Source of the DNA: Dehalococcoidia bacterium
Lineage (GTDB): Bacteria; Chloroflexota; Dehalococcoidia; Plut-88900
Length of the DNA: 64,000 bases
Direction of reading: 5' to 3'
NCBI GenBank assembly: GCA_965197585.1
Contig: OZ240215.1
Coordinates: 1,248,001-1,312,000, forward strand
The position numbers were made by a program, and so were the translations under genes. A model generated the notes under the pieces. It saw only the letters and a program-made list of their open reading frames with translations. It searched no databases and was not told the origin of the DNA. Position 1 is the stretch's first letter; each line of letters starts with the position of its first letter. This document shows, piece by piece, positions 38,528 to 48,474 of the stretch.

Positions 38528-38534
38528 TGGGCCA

Positions 38535-39190
38535 GTCTAGACCCGACACCCACCTTAAGGAGGTACCAAAAACTAGGGAAGCCCACTCGACCCACCCGAG
38601 GACTCAACGCCCAAGCCCATCCCAACGGGCGGCCCACCCGCCGCCCCGCGGCTCAAGCGAAAGCCGCCATCTCCTCTACCAAGGGCCCCAGCTATCCCTT
38701 CCCTGACCATCAGGCGATGGAAGACGCCCTGGACCGTACTTGAAAGTCTCCTCACGGAGCAACCTTGTCCCATGGAGCGGAACGGGGCAGCCCGTAGCCG
38801 AGGACTTCTCGGCTCTCCGTCCGCTTCCTCAAATAAACTGGGCTGCCGCCGTCTCCCGGCTCCGGGACATCGTCGGCTAACTGGATATCCCGTACTCCTG
38901 CGAGGGGAACTGACCCTGGACTTTCCCCTTCCTGCACTCGCCTACGGCGGACAGCGCAGCCAACCCTGCATCGGAGCCTATGACGGATGACGGACCCGTA
39001 CGTCCGACCATACTTCCAGGTCTAGGCGGCGGCGGAGCCCCGTCCCCACGTTCCCGGGACGCCTCCATGCCCGCATTATCTAAATATAGGGAGCCTAATC
39101 CAGCAAGCGTCTTTCATCGCCTTCCCAAAACCCAACAGACAGAACGGAAACCGAAACTCCACAATCGAAGATCCGCCTCTGGAGGACTAA
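38535..39190 (+). ncRNA. Candidate large structured RNA / repeated non-coding cassette, copy 2
   Basis: Conserved blocks shared with 1510-2170; 16-bp stem 38712-38727/39107-39122 with one G-U pair. Confidence 0.55.
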
Positions 39191-39271
39191 AGAAAAACCC
39201 GGTGTGTCACTAACGTGTCAAACGAATGCAATCGCTTGTACGAACGGCATGGGCAGACTAGAATTGCCTCC

Positions 39272-40267
39272 ATGACTACCCAACCCACTCCCGACCCCGA
39301 ACCCTCCTTCATCGGCCTGCCCTCTTTCCTCAAGCTGCCCTACGTCACCGACCCCGCTGAACTCAAACGCCTCGCCCCCGACGTGGCGATCATGGGCGCA
39401 CCCTTCGATATGGGGACCACCATAAGGCCGGGAACGAGGTTCGGGCCCCGGGCCATTCGCCAGGCCGCAGGATACGTCGGCGGCAGTCCCGTCGAGCCCA
39501 TGTACCACGTCTCCCTCAAGGTCGCCCCCTTCGCCGTCCTCAAGGTCGTGGATTTCGGCGATGCCAACTGCTCTCCCCACTCCCTGGAACTCGCCCACGC
39601 CGCCATCAATCGCAAAGTCTCCGACGCCCTGGCCGCCAACACCCTTCCTATAGTCCTCGGCGGCGACCACTCGATAACCCTTCCAGCCGCTACCGCCGTC
39701 GCCGACGCCTGGGGACGAGGCAAGGTCGGCATCATCCACTTTGACTCCCACGCCGACACCGCCCCAGACAGCTTCGGAGGCAGCCTGATCGCCCACGGCA
39801 GCCCCATGCGCAGGCTCATCGAAAGCGGCTCCGTCCTCCCCAGGAACTTCGTCCAGATCGGCCTCCGGGGCTACTGGCCCCCCGCCGAGGTCTGGCAATG
39901 GATGGAAGAGCAAGGCATGCGCTGGCACCTCATGACCGAGCTCGAAGAGCGTGGTTTCGACGTTGTCATGGACGAGGCCATCAATGAAGCCCTGGACGGC
40001 CCCGAGTTTATCTACCTCTCCGTGGATATCGATGTCCTTGACCCGGGCTTCGCGCCTGGCACCGGCACCCCGGAACCCGGAGGCATGAACCCCAGCCAGC
40101 TTCTCCGCGCCGTCCGGAACATCGTTTCTCGGGTCAACCTAGTCGCCATGGACGTCGTGGAAGTCTCTCCACCCTACGACGGTCCGGGCGCGGTCACCGC
40201 CGAGCACGCCCACCGGGTCGTCGTTGAAGCCATAGCCGCACTAGCCCACAAACGCACATTCTCCTAA
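39272..40267 (+). CDS. speB: Agmatinase / guanidino-amidinohydrolase
   Basis: RPGTRFGPRAIR, GGDHSI, DSHAD, HGSPM, GLRGYWP, DIDVLDPGFAPGTGTPE; exact substrate is uncertain. Confidence 0.85.
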   Translation: MTTQPTPDPEPSFIGLPSFLKLPYVTDPAELKRLAPDVAIMGAPFDMGTTIRPGTRFGPRAIRQAAGYVGGSPVEPMYHVSLKVAPFAVLKVVDFGDANCSPHSLELAHAAINRKVSDALAANTLPIVLGGDHSITLPAATAVADAWGRGKVGIIHFDSHADTAPDSFGGSLIAHGSPMRRLIESGSVLPRNFVQIGLRGYWPPAEVWQWMEEQGMRWHLMTELEERGFDVVMDEAINEALDGPEFIYLSVDIDVLDPGFAPGTGTPEPGGMNPSQLLRAVRNIVSRVNLVAMDVVEVSPPYDGPGAVTAEHAHRVVVEAIAALAHKRTFS

Positions 40268-40390
40268 GGGTTTGCTTGCGCTTGGCGTGGCTAAGGCCCC
40301 TTATGGTAATATCTGCCCACCGGATTCCCACGTCGAACCCCCAAATAAGCCCCTCAGCGGGCCTGTTTAATGAGAGAGGTAGGCTAAGCA

Positions 40391-41524
40391 GTGGTCCTTG
40401 AGCAGCTAATCTCCGCCGACTCCCACGTAGTAGAACCCCCCGACCTCTGGCAGACCCGCACCGACGCCCGTTTCCGGGACAAGGCCCCCAGGGTTGTCAG
40501 GAACGGCAATGTCGACAACTGGGTTGTCGGCGACGACATACTCATTGGCTCCATCGGAGGCCCAACCCAGGCCGGACGCCGGTACACGGACCTCGATTCG
40601 CTCTCCATAGAGGGTAACTACGAGGAGTCCCCGCTGGCAGCCTACGACCCCGATGAGCGCCTCAAGGCTATGGAGGTCGACGGTGTGGTGGGCGAAGTGG
40701 TCTACTCGACCATCGGCACCCGCCTCTACACCGTAGACGTTCGCGGCGACCTCCTTGCCGCCTGCTTCCGTGCCCTCAACGACTGGTCCGCCGACTTCGG
40801 AGCCGCTCACCCCGACAAGCTAAAGGGCACCGCCGCCATCAGCTTCGACAACGTCCCCGAGGCCGTGGTCGAAATCCAGAGAAGCGCTAGGCTCGGCCTC
40901 TCCGGCTTCGTAATCCCCGCCTACCAGTCCGAGGACGAGCATTATGACAATCCCGAGTTCGCCCCAATATGGAGCGCCTTCGAGGACACCGGTATTCCCG
41001 TCGGCATCCACTCCGGCTCCGTACGGCCGGGGCCGGCACGTATCGGCGCATTCGCCAACAACGCTTCCGTGGCGGGCACCGCAGCCTTCAGGGCCACCCA
41101 GGACTACTGGGTCCGCAGGTCCGTAGCGCAGATGATGTTTGGGGGCATATTCGAACGGCACCCGAAACTAAAGGTCGGCGTCGTAGAATACGAACTCTCT
41201 TGGGCCCCATACTTCATCAAGATGATGGACATGGCCTACGAAAAACACCGCTATGTCACCGAGATCAAGTTTAAGGACGACCGGCTCCCCAGCGACGTCT
41301 TCCACCAGAACATGTTCGTCTCCTTCCAGGAGGATGAACTGGGCATCGCTCTGCGCCACGTGATTGGCGTAGAGAACATTATGTTCGGTTCCGACTACCC
41401 CCACCGGGAGTCGACCTGGCCCCGCTCCCGGCAGGTCCTCACCGACGTCCTCTCAGATTGCACCGACGAAGAGAAGCACAAGATCGGCTACCTGAACGCC
41501 GCCAAGCTCTACGGCTTCAACTAG
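40391..41524 (+). CDS. Amidohydrolase family protein
   Basis: SADSHVVEPPDLW, GIFERHP, GSDYPH. Confidence 0.9.
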   Translation: MVLEQLISADSHVVEPPDLWQTRTDARFRDKAPRVVRNGNVDNWVVGDDILIGSIGGPTQAGRRYTDLDSLSIEGNYEESPLAAYDPDERLKAMEVDGVVGEVVYSTIGTRLYTVDVRGDLLAACFRALNDWSADFGAAHPDKLKGTAAISFDNVPEAVVEIQRSARLGLSGFVIPAYQSEDEHYDNPEFAPIWSAFEDTGIPVGIHSGSVRPGPARIGAFANNASVAGTAAFRATQDYWVRRSVAQMMFGGIFERHPKLKVGVVEYELSWAPYFIKMMDMAYEKHRYVTEIKFKDDRLPSDVFHQNMFVSFQEDELGIALRHVIGVENIMFGSDYPHRESTWPRSRQVLTDVLSDCTDEEKHKIGYLNAAKLYGFN

Positions 41525-41542
41525 CTTACCTGCTTTGAAACC

Positions 41543-43957
41543 ATGATTCCTGAAATCTGCTCCGGTCTCAGGGTTCTTGACCTCAGCCGCACTTGGACGG
41601 GTGCCCTCGCTACCGTGCTTCTCGCCGACGCAGGCGCTGAGGTCATCAAGATCGAGGGCCCCGGTGGCGATCCCACCTGGTCCCACTACGCCTCCCCCAT
41701 GTGGCATCGAGGCAAGAAGAGCGCCTTTCTGGACCTCAAGTCCCCCGACGGACAGGACACCCTCAAACGTCTCGCCGCGAACAGTGACGTCCTCCTCCAC
41801 ACCCTCATGCCCGGCGCCGCCGAACGCCTGGGGGCAGACTACGAGACCCTAAGGGCAGTCAACCCGGCCCTCGTCTATTGCTCCGTCTCAGGCTTCGGCC
41901 CGCTCAAAGGTTTGGATCACGTCAAGGGTTACGACGCCATAGTCGCTGCTCACACCGGTCGTTTCCATGTTTTCGACAAGCAGATAGACCGCGATGGGCC
42001 AAAGTTCGCTGCCCTGCCCGTCGCCAGTTTCGGTGCCGGAATGCTGGCTCTGCAGGGCATATTCTCCGCCCTGCTGGTCCGTGAGCAGACCGGCCGAGGC
42101 CAGAAAGTCGAGACCAGTCTCCTCCAGTCCCTTATCGCCTACGATTGGTTATGGCTTCTCTGGCAGCTTAAAAACCGCGGAGACAACCCCACCCTCGGAT
42201 GGTCTGAGACCGAGCCCACACCTCAATATTTCGTAAGCCCCACCAAGGACGGGCAGTGGCTCCAGATGGCCAACGCTATGGAGCACCTATTCTTCAACTG
42301 GATTATTGGCATCGGCTTGGGCGATTACCTTGCCGACTCCCGATTCAGCCACTTCCCCAACACCGAGTCCAAAGAGGCCGAAGAAGAGCTCTACCAGCGC
42401 ATGTTCGCACGGATGAAGGAGCGCCCCTTAGACGATTGGACCCGCACCTTTATGACGGAGGTCGACGCCGCATCAGAGCCATTCAGGCAAACGGCCAGCG
42501 CCTTCACCCATCCCCAGGTCGTCGCCAACGCCCACACCATGACCGTTGAAACCACGGACGGTCGTCTAATCAAGCAAGCAAGCCGGATAGCCACGTTTAC
42601 CGAGACCCCCGTCGGCGTCACCCGACCCGCCCCCACCCCCGGCCAGCACACCACCGATGTCATCGCCCTATCCCGAAACGGTCGTAGACCTTCTGCCATT
42701 ACCGGAAACGGGTCAAGGCCTCAAAAGCCCCTTGAAGGCATAACCATCGTTGACTTTGCCTCCTGGATCGCCACACCCCTCGGCCCGTCCATCCTCGCCG
42801 ACCTCGGCTTGCGTGTCATCAAGGTCGAGCCCCTGGGTGGAGAACCGTGGCGCGGCTTCGGCCTCATGGGCCTCAGGACCCACCAGAGCAAGGAGTCCGT
42901 AGCTGTAGACCTTAAAACGGACGAGGGCCGCGAAATCATCCACCGCCTCATCCAAAAATCCGACGCCCTGGTCCACAACCTCAGACCCGGCGTCCCGGAC
43001 CGTCTTGGTATCGACTACAAAACCCTGAGCAAGATAAACCCCGGACTCGTCTATCTGTATGGCGCGGGCTACGGGTCAACCGGCCCCTACTCACCCCGCT
43101 CAGTCATGCACCCCATACCCGGGGCCGTGGCGGGGGGTGCCCTGTACCAGGCGGGGCTTGGCACCCCTCCCCCTCCCGACGCTGATCTCTCATATGAAGA
43201 CACCCGCCGCATCGCCAAAGCCCTCTCCGTCTCCAACGAAGCCAACCCCGACGTCAGCGCCTCCATGGTAGTTGCCGTCTCACTGCTGATGGCGCTCTAC
43301 GTCAAGAAAAAGACTGGAAAGGGCCAATACGTAGAACCCACCATGGTGGGCACTGGTTTGTTCGTCAACTCGGACGACTACGTACAGTTCCCAGGCAAGC
43401 CCTCCCGCCGCCTCCCCGACCCCGACCTCTTCGGCCTTCACGCCCTCTACCGCATGTATGAATCAAGTGAAGGCTGGCTCTTCCTCGCCTGCGACACCGA
43501 TGACGAGTGGAAAACCTTGTGCCGCTCCATCGCCCGAGAGGATCTTATCGCCGACCCACGCTTCTCCACCCCCGACTCCCGCCTCGAAAACGATGATGCC
43601 CTCGCAGCCATCCTGGACTCGATTTTCAAGACCCGGCCCGCCTCCGAGTGGCAGGACTTCCTGACCCCCAAGGCCGTCGCCTGCGTGACCGTTTACCCCG
43701 AGGATTTCAGCGACTTCGTCAACACTGACTCGCGCATGAAGGATAGCGGCCTGATGGTCGACCAGAAGCACCCGGCAATCGGGAAATACCTTCGCTACGG
43801 CCCGATGATCAACTTCTCCGAGACCTCAGGCACCAACCTCGGCCCCATCACCGTCGTCGGAGAGCACACCGCCAGCATTCTCACCGAGCTAGGCTACACC
43901 CCCGACCAGATCGAGGACTTCGCCTCCCGCAAGATAGTCGTCTGCGGAGAAACCTAG
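41543..43957 (+). CDS. Tandem two-domain CaiB/BaiF CoA-transferase
   Basis: GLRVLDL..LADAGAEVIKIE; PLEGITIVDF..LADLGLRVIKVEP; HNLRPG. Confidence 0.92.
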   Translation: MIPEICSGLRVLDLSRTWTGALATVLLADAGAEVIKIEGPGGDPTWSHYASPMWHRGKKSAFLDLKSPDGQDTLKRLAANSDVLLHTLMPGAAERLGADYETLRAVNPALVYCSVSGFGPLKGLDHVKGYDAIVAAHTGRFHVFDKQIDRDGPKFAALPVASFGAGMLALQGIFSALLVREQTGRGQKVETSLLQSLIAYDWLWLLWQLKNRGDNPTLGWSETEPTPQYFVSPTKDGQWLQMANAMEHLFFNWIIGIGLGDYLADSRFSHFPNTESKEAEEELYQRMFARMKERPLDDWTRTFMTEVDAASEPFRQTASAFTHPQVVANAHTMTVETTDGRLIKQASRIATFTETPVGVTRPAPTPGQHTTDVIALSRNGRRPSAITGNGSRPQKPLEGITIVDFASWIATPLGPSILADLGLRVIKVEPLGGEPWRGFGLMGLRTHQSKESVAVDLKTDEGREIIHRLIQKSDALVHNLRPGVPDRLGIDYKTLSKINPGLVYLYGAGYGSTGPYSPRSVMHPIPGAVAGGALYQAGLGTPPPPDADLSYEDTRRIAKALSVSNEANPDVSASMVVAVSLLMALYVKKKTGKGQYVEPTMVGTGLFVNSDDYVQFPGKPSRRLPDPDLFGLHALYRMYESSEGWLFLACDTDDEWKTLCRSIAREDLIADPRFSTPDSRLENDDALAAILDSIFKTRPASEWQDFLTPKAVACVTVYPEDFSDFVNTDSRMKDSGLMVDQKHPAIGKYLRYGPMINFSETSGTNLGPITVVGEHTASILTELGYTPDQIEDFASRKIVVCGET

Positions 43958-43962
43958 GGCGC

Positions 43963-45018
43963 CTACACAAACGGCAGCACCCGCTTCGGGTTCTCCACGA
44001 ATATCGCGTCTATCTGCTCCCTGGTCATCCCCTTGCCCCGCATTATCGGCATCACGGTTTCCAGCAGGTGAGCGTATCCGTGCCCCCCATAACTATGCAG
44101 CCTCGTCTTCCACGCCGTGTCGTGCGCAACTACTATTTGGTTCAGGTGTCCGTCCTCGATTAACCGCATGATGAAGTCGACTCTCGTCCCGTCATTGGGC
44201 ATGGTGAACGATGGCGCCAGGGGATAGAAAGCCTGCTCAGCCCCGAACAGGTCGTACTCGATGTAGCAGCCCGTATCCGCCAGCTCCTTCAACGTTCCGT
44301 AGTCCGATATCGTCCGGCAAACGTGGCTCATTATCGTCCGGGAAACGTCCCCTCCCGCCGCATCGATAGCCCGGACGATCTCCAGCGGGGCAGAGGGATG
44401 GCGCCCGGGGTGGATCGATAGCGGCGCCCCCGTCTTTACCTGCGCCCGAGCCCCCGCCCTCACGGACCTCCGTTCCGCCTCCGTCCACGGCCACGAACAC
44501 CCCAGCTCCCCGATTATCCCCGCCCTGATTCCCGTGTCCCCAACCCCCTCCATCACATCCTCCACTATCTCCTCCATCATCTGGTCCTCGTCGGTATCGG
44601 TCCAGCCCGCCGGCTGGAAAGGCTCTATGTAGTACCCGGACCCCATGACAATATTCAGGCCCGTTGCCCGTGACACCCGCGCCAGTGCCAACGGGTCCCT
44701 CCCGATCCCCCGGTTCGTTGCATCCACCAGGCTCTGCCCCCCGGCTCTATAGAACCGGCTCACCTCCTTGATCATCAATTCCTCATCGTAAAGGCCCAGG
44801 TTTTCGTAGTTACTGGCCCAGTTTCCCCTTATCCACCCAACGTCGTCGATTGTCACGGGCTTCATCGCAAGTCCCTTGCGGCTCCCTTCCTGCGGCTCCA
44901 GGTACAGGGGCTTGAAGTGGATGAACACGTGCTCGTGGGTAAGGGTTACCCCCAAGTCCTCGGGAGATATGGGCCCGAGCACCGTCTGGATCATTCCTGT
45001 CGCGTCTGAAGCTGCCAT
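43963..45018 (-). CDS. Phosphotriesterase-related (PHP/PTER) protein
   Basis: QTVLGPI, LGVTLTHEH, GIIGELG (Glu bridge), IHPGR, AHD, NPKRVL. Confidence 0.92.
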   Translation of the reverse strand: MAASDATGMIQTVLGPISPEDLGVTLTHEHVFIHFKPLYLEPQEGSRKGLAMKPVTIDDVGWIRGNWASNYENLGLYDEELMIKEVSRFYRAGGQSLVDATNRGIGRDPLALARVSRATGLNIVMGSGYYIEPFQPAGWTDTDEDQMMEEIVEDVMEGVGDTGIRAGIIGELGCSWPWTEAERRSVRAGARAQVKTGAPLSIHPGRHPSAPLEIVRAIDAAGGDVSRTIMSHVCRTISDYGTLKELADTGCYIEYDLFGAEQAFYPLAPSFTMPNDGTRVDFIMRLIEDGHLNQIVVAHDTAWKTRLHSYGGHGYAHLLETVMPIMRGKGMTREQIDAIFVENPKRVLPFV

Positions 45019-45112
45019 AAGTTGTCTCCGATTCGGCTTTGTTACGAATTGGGCCGGTGGTACCCCGAATCATAGATTCGCCCAAAACGGCATGTCAACG
45101 ACTCCCGTACCG

Positions 45113-45141
45113 TTGACATGCCCCATTCCCTCTCCTAACAT
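45113..45141 (+). promoter_or_regulatory. Sigma70-like promoter
   Basis: TTGACA-N17-TAACAT upstream of the ATG at 45173. Confidence 0.55.
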
Positions 45142-45172
45142 TCCACCACTTACTCTACGGAAGGCGGATGCT

Positions 45173-46306
45173 ATGCCAAACTTGGAAGTTCTTTCCTCCG
45201 ATTCTCACATAGTCGAACCCCCCGATCTCTGGACCTCGCGTATAGATCCCGCCTTCCGAGACCGCGCCCCCCACATGGTCATCGGCGATGATGGAATGGC
45301 CAATTGGCTGGTGGAAGGCGACCAGCCCCTCGGCTCCATTGGCGCTCCCTCTCAAGCGGGTCTCCGCTACGAAGACCCCGAGTCCATCACCTTCGAGGGT
45401 ACCCTCGATGATGTCCGACCCGGTGCCTTCGATCCCGCCCCCCGCACAGAGGACATGAAAATCGACGGCGTAGACGGAGAGGTCATCTACCCCACCATCG
45501 GCGCCCGACTCTACACCATCCTGAAGCCCGACCTCCTCGCCGCCTGCTTCCGCGCCAGCAACGACTGGCTCGCCGACTTCTGCTCCGCCAACCCCGGCCT
45601 ATTCAAGGGCAACGCCCTTATCTCCCTGGATGACGTGGCCGAAGGTACAAGAGAGCTGGAAAGGTGCTCCGCACTAGGCTTCCGCGGCGCCATGATTACC
45701 ACCTATCCCGGTGATGACAAGCAATACGAACACCCCGACTACGAACCCTTCTGGTCCGCCGCCGAGTCCCTCGGGATCGTCCTCAGCATGCACATCGCCT
45801 CAAACAGGCCAGGCCCCGGGCAGGTCAGCGTCTTCACCGTCAACGGCGACGAAGAAGGAGCGGCCGCTTTCAGCGTCAACCAGGACCACTGGGTCAGGAA
45901 ATCCGTAGCTTCTATGATCTTTTCGGGGGTCTTCGAAAGGCACCCTGCACTTAACGTGGCAATTGTGGAGCACGAGCTTGCCTGGGCCCCCTACTTCCTC
46001 AGGACCATGGACTGGCTCTACTCCGAGTTAAGCCAAACGGCGCCTCACCGCTTCAAGGAGGGAGTCCTACCCAGCGACTACTTCCGAAGCAACGTCACCA
46101 TGAGCTTTCAGCAGGACGACATCGGAATTCAACTGCGAGACCTCATCGGCGTCCAGTGCCTCACCTGGGGCTCCGACTACCCCCACGCCGAGTCCACGTG
46201 GCCCAAGTCCCGTGAGATCCTCGCCAAAGTCCTTGCAGACGTCCCCGCCGACGAACGACGCAAGATAGTCTGCGACACCGTTGCGGGCCTCTTCGGCTTC
46301 GCCTAG
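45173..46306 (+). CDS. Amidohydrolase family protein (paralogue of 40391-41524)
   Basis: SSDSHIVEPPDLW, GVFERHP, GSDYPHAESTWP. Confidence 0.9.
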   Translation: MPNLEVLSSDSHIVEPPDLWTSRIDPAFRDRAPHMVIGDDGMANWLVEGDQPLGSIGAPSQAGLRYEDPESITFEGTLDDVRPGAFDPAPRTEDMKIDGVDGEVIYPTIGARLYTILKPDLLAACFRASNDWLADFCSANPGLFKGNALISLDDVAEGTRELERCSALGFRGAMITTYPGDDKQYEHPDYEPFWSAAESLGIVLSMHIASNRPGPGQVSVFTVNGDEEGAAAFSVNQDHWVRKSVASMIFSGVFERHPALNVAIVEHELAWAPYFLRTMDWLYSELSQTAPHRFKEGVLPSDYFRSNVTMSFQQDDIGIQLRDLIGVQCLTWGSDYPHAESTWPKSREILAKVLADVPADERRKIVCDTVAGLFGFA

Positions 46307-47028
46307 GCCTCTATCCGTCCGCCCATCAGAATCGACCTGGGCACATACGCAGCCATAGCCCGCGCCCTTTCTGCCCCCACAATCTTCCCCGCTTCCACCA
46401 CCGACTCCGCCATCACCGGGGCCCGGGGTCCGGCTGGACGATGGCAGTCCGTGGAAATAACGTGGACCCAGCCCTTCTTCAACAGAATCTCCGCCGTATC
46501 CCGCGCCTCAGTCCCAAACCTCCCCAATATGCACGTCGAAGTCACCTGCCCGAGCATCCCCCGCCCCACCAGGTTTCCCATAATCGAGGGGTCCTTCATG
46601 ATGTCCACTTGCCGTTCCGGGTGAGCAATCAAGGGTGTCAGCCCTTGCTCCTGAAGACGACTCAACACGTTGTCTGTGTAGTCGGGAAGGGAGTCGAAAG
46701 GAAGCTCGACGAGAATGTAGCGGCCCTCGTTGATGGGGAATGCCCGACCTGATACTACCAACTCAGGAAGGTCAGGGGTTAGATGGTTTTCCATCCCGAC
46801 ATAGATCTTTATGTCGAGCGTTTCTTCCTGAGACAGCCGGTTTAACGTTTCGACGTGCTCGGGCACCAGGCCTAGCACCCCGGCCTCACGCACGTCCTTG
46901 CCGTGCGGAGTTGCCGCCATTCCTTTAATCCCGTCCCCCGACGCAGCCCTCAGCATCTTCATCGATTCTTCAATGGTCTTTGCACCATCGTCGAGGCCCG
47001 GCAGGATGTGGCTGTGAAGGTCGAACAA
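46303..47028 (-). CDS. CpsB/CapC/YwqE PHP-family protein tyrosine phosphatase
   Basis: DLHSHILPGLDDGA, ATPH, IAHPER, STDCH; TTG start is inferred. Confidence 0.88.
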   Translation of the reverse strand: MFDLHSHILPGLDDGAKTIEESMKMLRAASGDGIKGMAATPHGKDVREAGVLGLVPEHVETLNRLSQEETLDIKIYVGMENHLTPDLPELVVSGRAFPINEGRYILVELPFDSLPDYTDNVLSRLQEQGLTPLIAHPERQVDIMKDPSIMGNLVGRGMLGQVTSTCILGRFGTEARDTAEILLKKGWVHVISTDCHRPAGPRAPVMAESVVEAGKIVGAERARAMAAYVPRSILMGGRIEA

Positions 47029-47036
47029 CCGGCGCC

Positions 47037-47738
47037 CTATCCCCGAAGGTTCATCACCTTGAACGCCTCGGCGTAGGGAATGCCTTTGTCCCTGCCCAGG
47101 TTCTCTGCGTGATTCCGCAAGCTGTCTGCCACGTTCCAGTCTTCCGTATCGGCCACCTGGCTCTTGTGGCATTTCAGGGCCGCAATCTTCAAGTCGATAG
47201 TCTCTGAGATGTCGAAGTGGGTGTCGGGGTCTTCGCTTCCCCAGAACAATATGTGCTTCACCTTATGGGGTTCCAGCCCCTCGGCGGCGTGTTCGGGGAA
47301 GTGGAGCCTGTCCCGGGCGTATGGAAAAGATGCGTCCAGGGTTACCTGTCCCGCCATGCGGTGGTCCCGGTGCAGGTAGAAGCTCCGGCGGAGGGGATAG
47401 GTCGTGAATACCGCTTCAGGCTTGTGAATCCGAAGGTTCCTGACCAGCTTGCCCCGGAACTCCGTCGTATCTTCCAGGCCGCCGTCCGGGTAATCGAGAA
47501 ACACCACTTCGCTCAACCCCAGCACCCGACCGGCCTCCAGCTGCTCCTCACGCCTGATAGCCGCGAGTTTCTCGGCAGTCATTTCAGGGTCGTCGGTCCC
47601 CTTGTCCCCGTTGGTCGCAACCACCAGGACGGCCTTGGCCCCTTCTTTGATCCACTTGGCTACTATGCCCGCACACCCGAACTCAAAATCGTCTGGGTGG
47701 GGCGTCACTACAAGGACGGAACTGGGGGTGGGAATCAT
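47037..47738 (-). CDS. PIG-L/LmbE family N-acetyl-sugar deacetylase (MshB/BshB-like)
   Basis: PHPDD, TNGDKG, RREEQ, HRDH, HKSQ. Confidence 0.9.
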   Translation of the reverse strand: MIPTPSSVLVVTPHPDDFEFGCAGIVAKWIKEGAKAVLVVATNGDKGTDDPEMTAEKLAAIRREEQLEAGRVLGLSEVVFLDYPDGGLEDTTEFRGKLVRNLRIHKPEAVFTTYPLRRSFYLHRDHRMAGQVTLDASFPYARDRLHFPEHAAEGLEPHKVKHILFWGSEDPDTHFDISETIDLKIAALKCHKSQVADTEDWNVADSLRNHAENLGRDKGIPYAEAFKVMNLRG

Positions 47739-47849
47739 CAGATGCGTTGCTCCTGGAGTAAATTATTAACCCGACCCCAATAACCGGAGTCGGCAAGCTA
47801 CTTTCCTACACTCGAGACACCTCTGTCAATCCCGACATATCCCCCTTTT

Positions 47850-48060
47850 TCCGTCATCCCGGCCCCCAAGCCCGTCGAAGATGCTGTAAGTGCGCCTTTG
47901 GCGTGCGCCGAGGCGTGAATCCATCCCAGGGTGGGGTCGCTCACCCTGAGCAGAGTTGAAGGGTCGAGCGGGGGTGGCCCCGTAATGACAACCACTCATG
48001 GGTAACTAACGCCATCCCACCTCCCAACCCCCTGTCATTCCGAGGCCCCGCGAGGAATCT
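47850..48060. repeat. Composite REP-like intergenic repeat (copy B)
   Basis: Shares 20-21-nt identical blocks with 50-153 and ends in the GTCATTCC...GGAATC palindrome. Confidence 0.75.
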
Positions 48061-48165
48061 AACGCGTATGCCCACGACTCAGACCAAGAATAGGGACGCA
48101 ACACCCTCTTCCTGTACTAGGCCCATCCCGTCGTTTATTATTGCCATGTGAATCCTGTGCTGCCA

Positions 48166-48474
48166 ATGAATAACCCTCCACACCCGGGAACCGGCATAAA
48201 GGAAAACTGTCTCGTTCCCCTCGGTCTCAGCGTCAGCGAGACTGCTAGGCGGCTGGGAGTAGCACGGCACACCCTTTCACGAGTGTTGAACGGCCATGCG
48301 GCGGTATCACCGCTCATGGCGATTCGGCTGGAGAAAGCGGGTTGGGCCAGTGCCGACTTTTGGGTGCGCCGCCAAGCTTCTTATGACTTGGCGCAGGCTC
48401 GCAAGATGGAGGAGAATGCAGCCTCCACACGCTCGTATATTCCCACCCCCACCCCCAGGAGGCCGATACCATAA
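48166..48474 (+). CDS. higA: HigA-family antitoxin (HTH), orphan
   Basis: [49 protein letters not shown]. Confidence 0.8.
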   Translation: MNNPPHPGTGIKENCLVPLGLSVSETARRLGVARHTLSRVLNGHAAVSPLMAIRLEKAGWASADFWVRRQASYDLAQARKMEENAASTRSYIPTPTPRRPIP

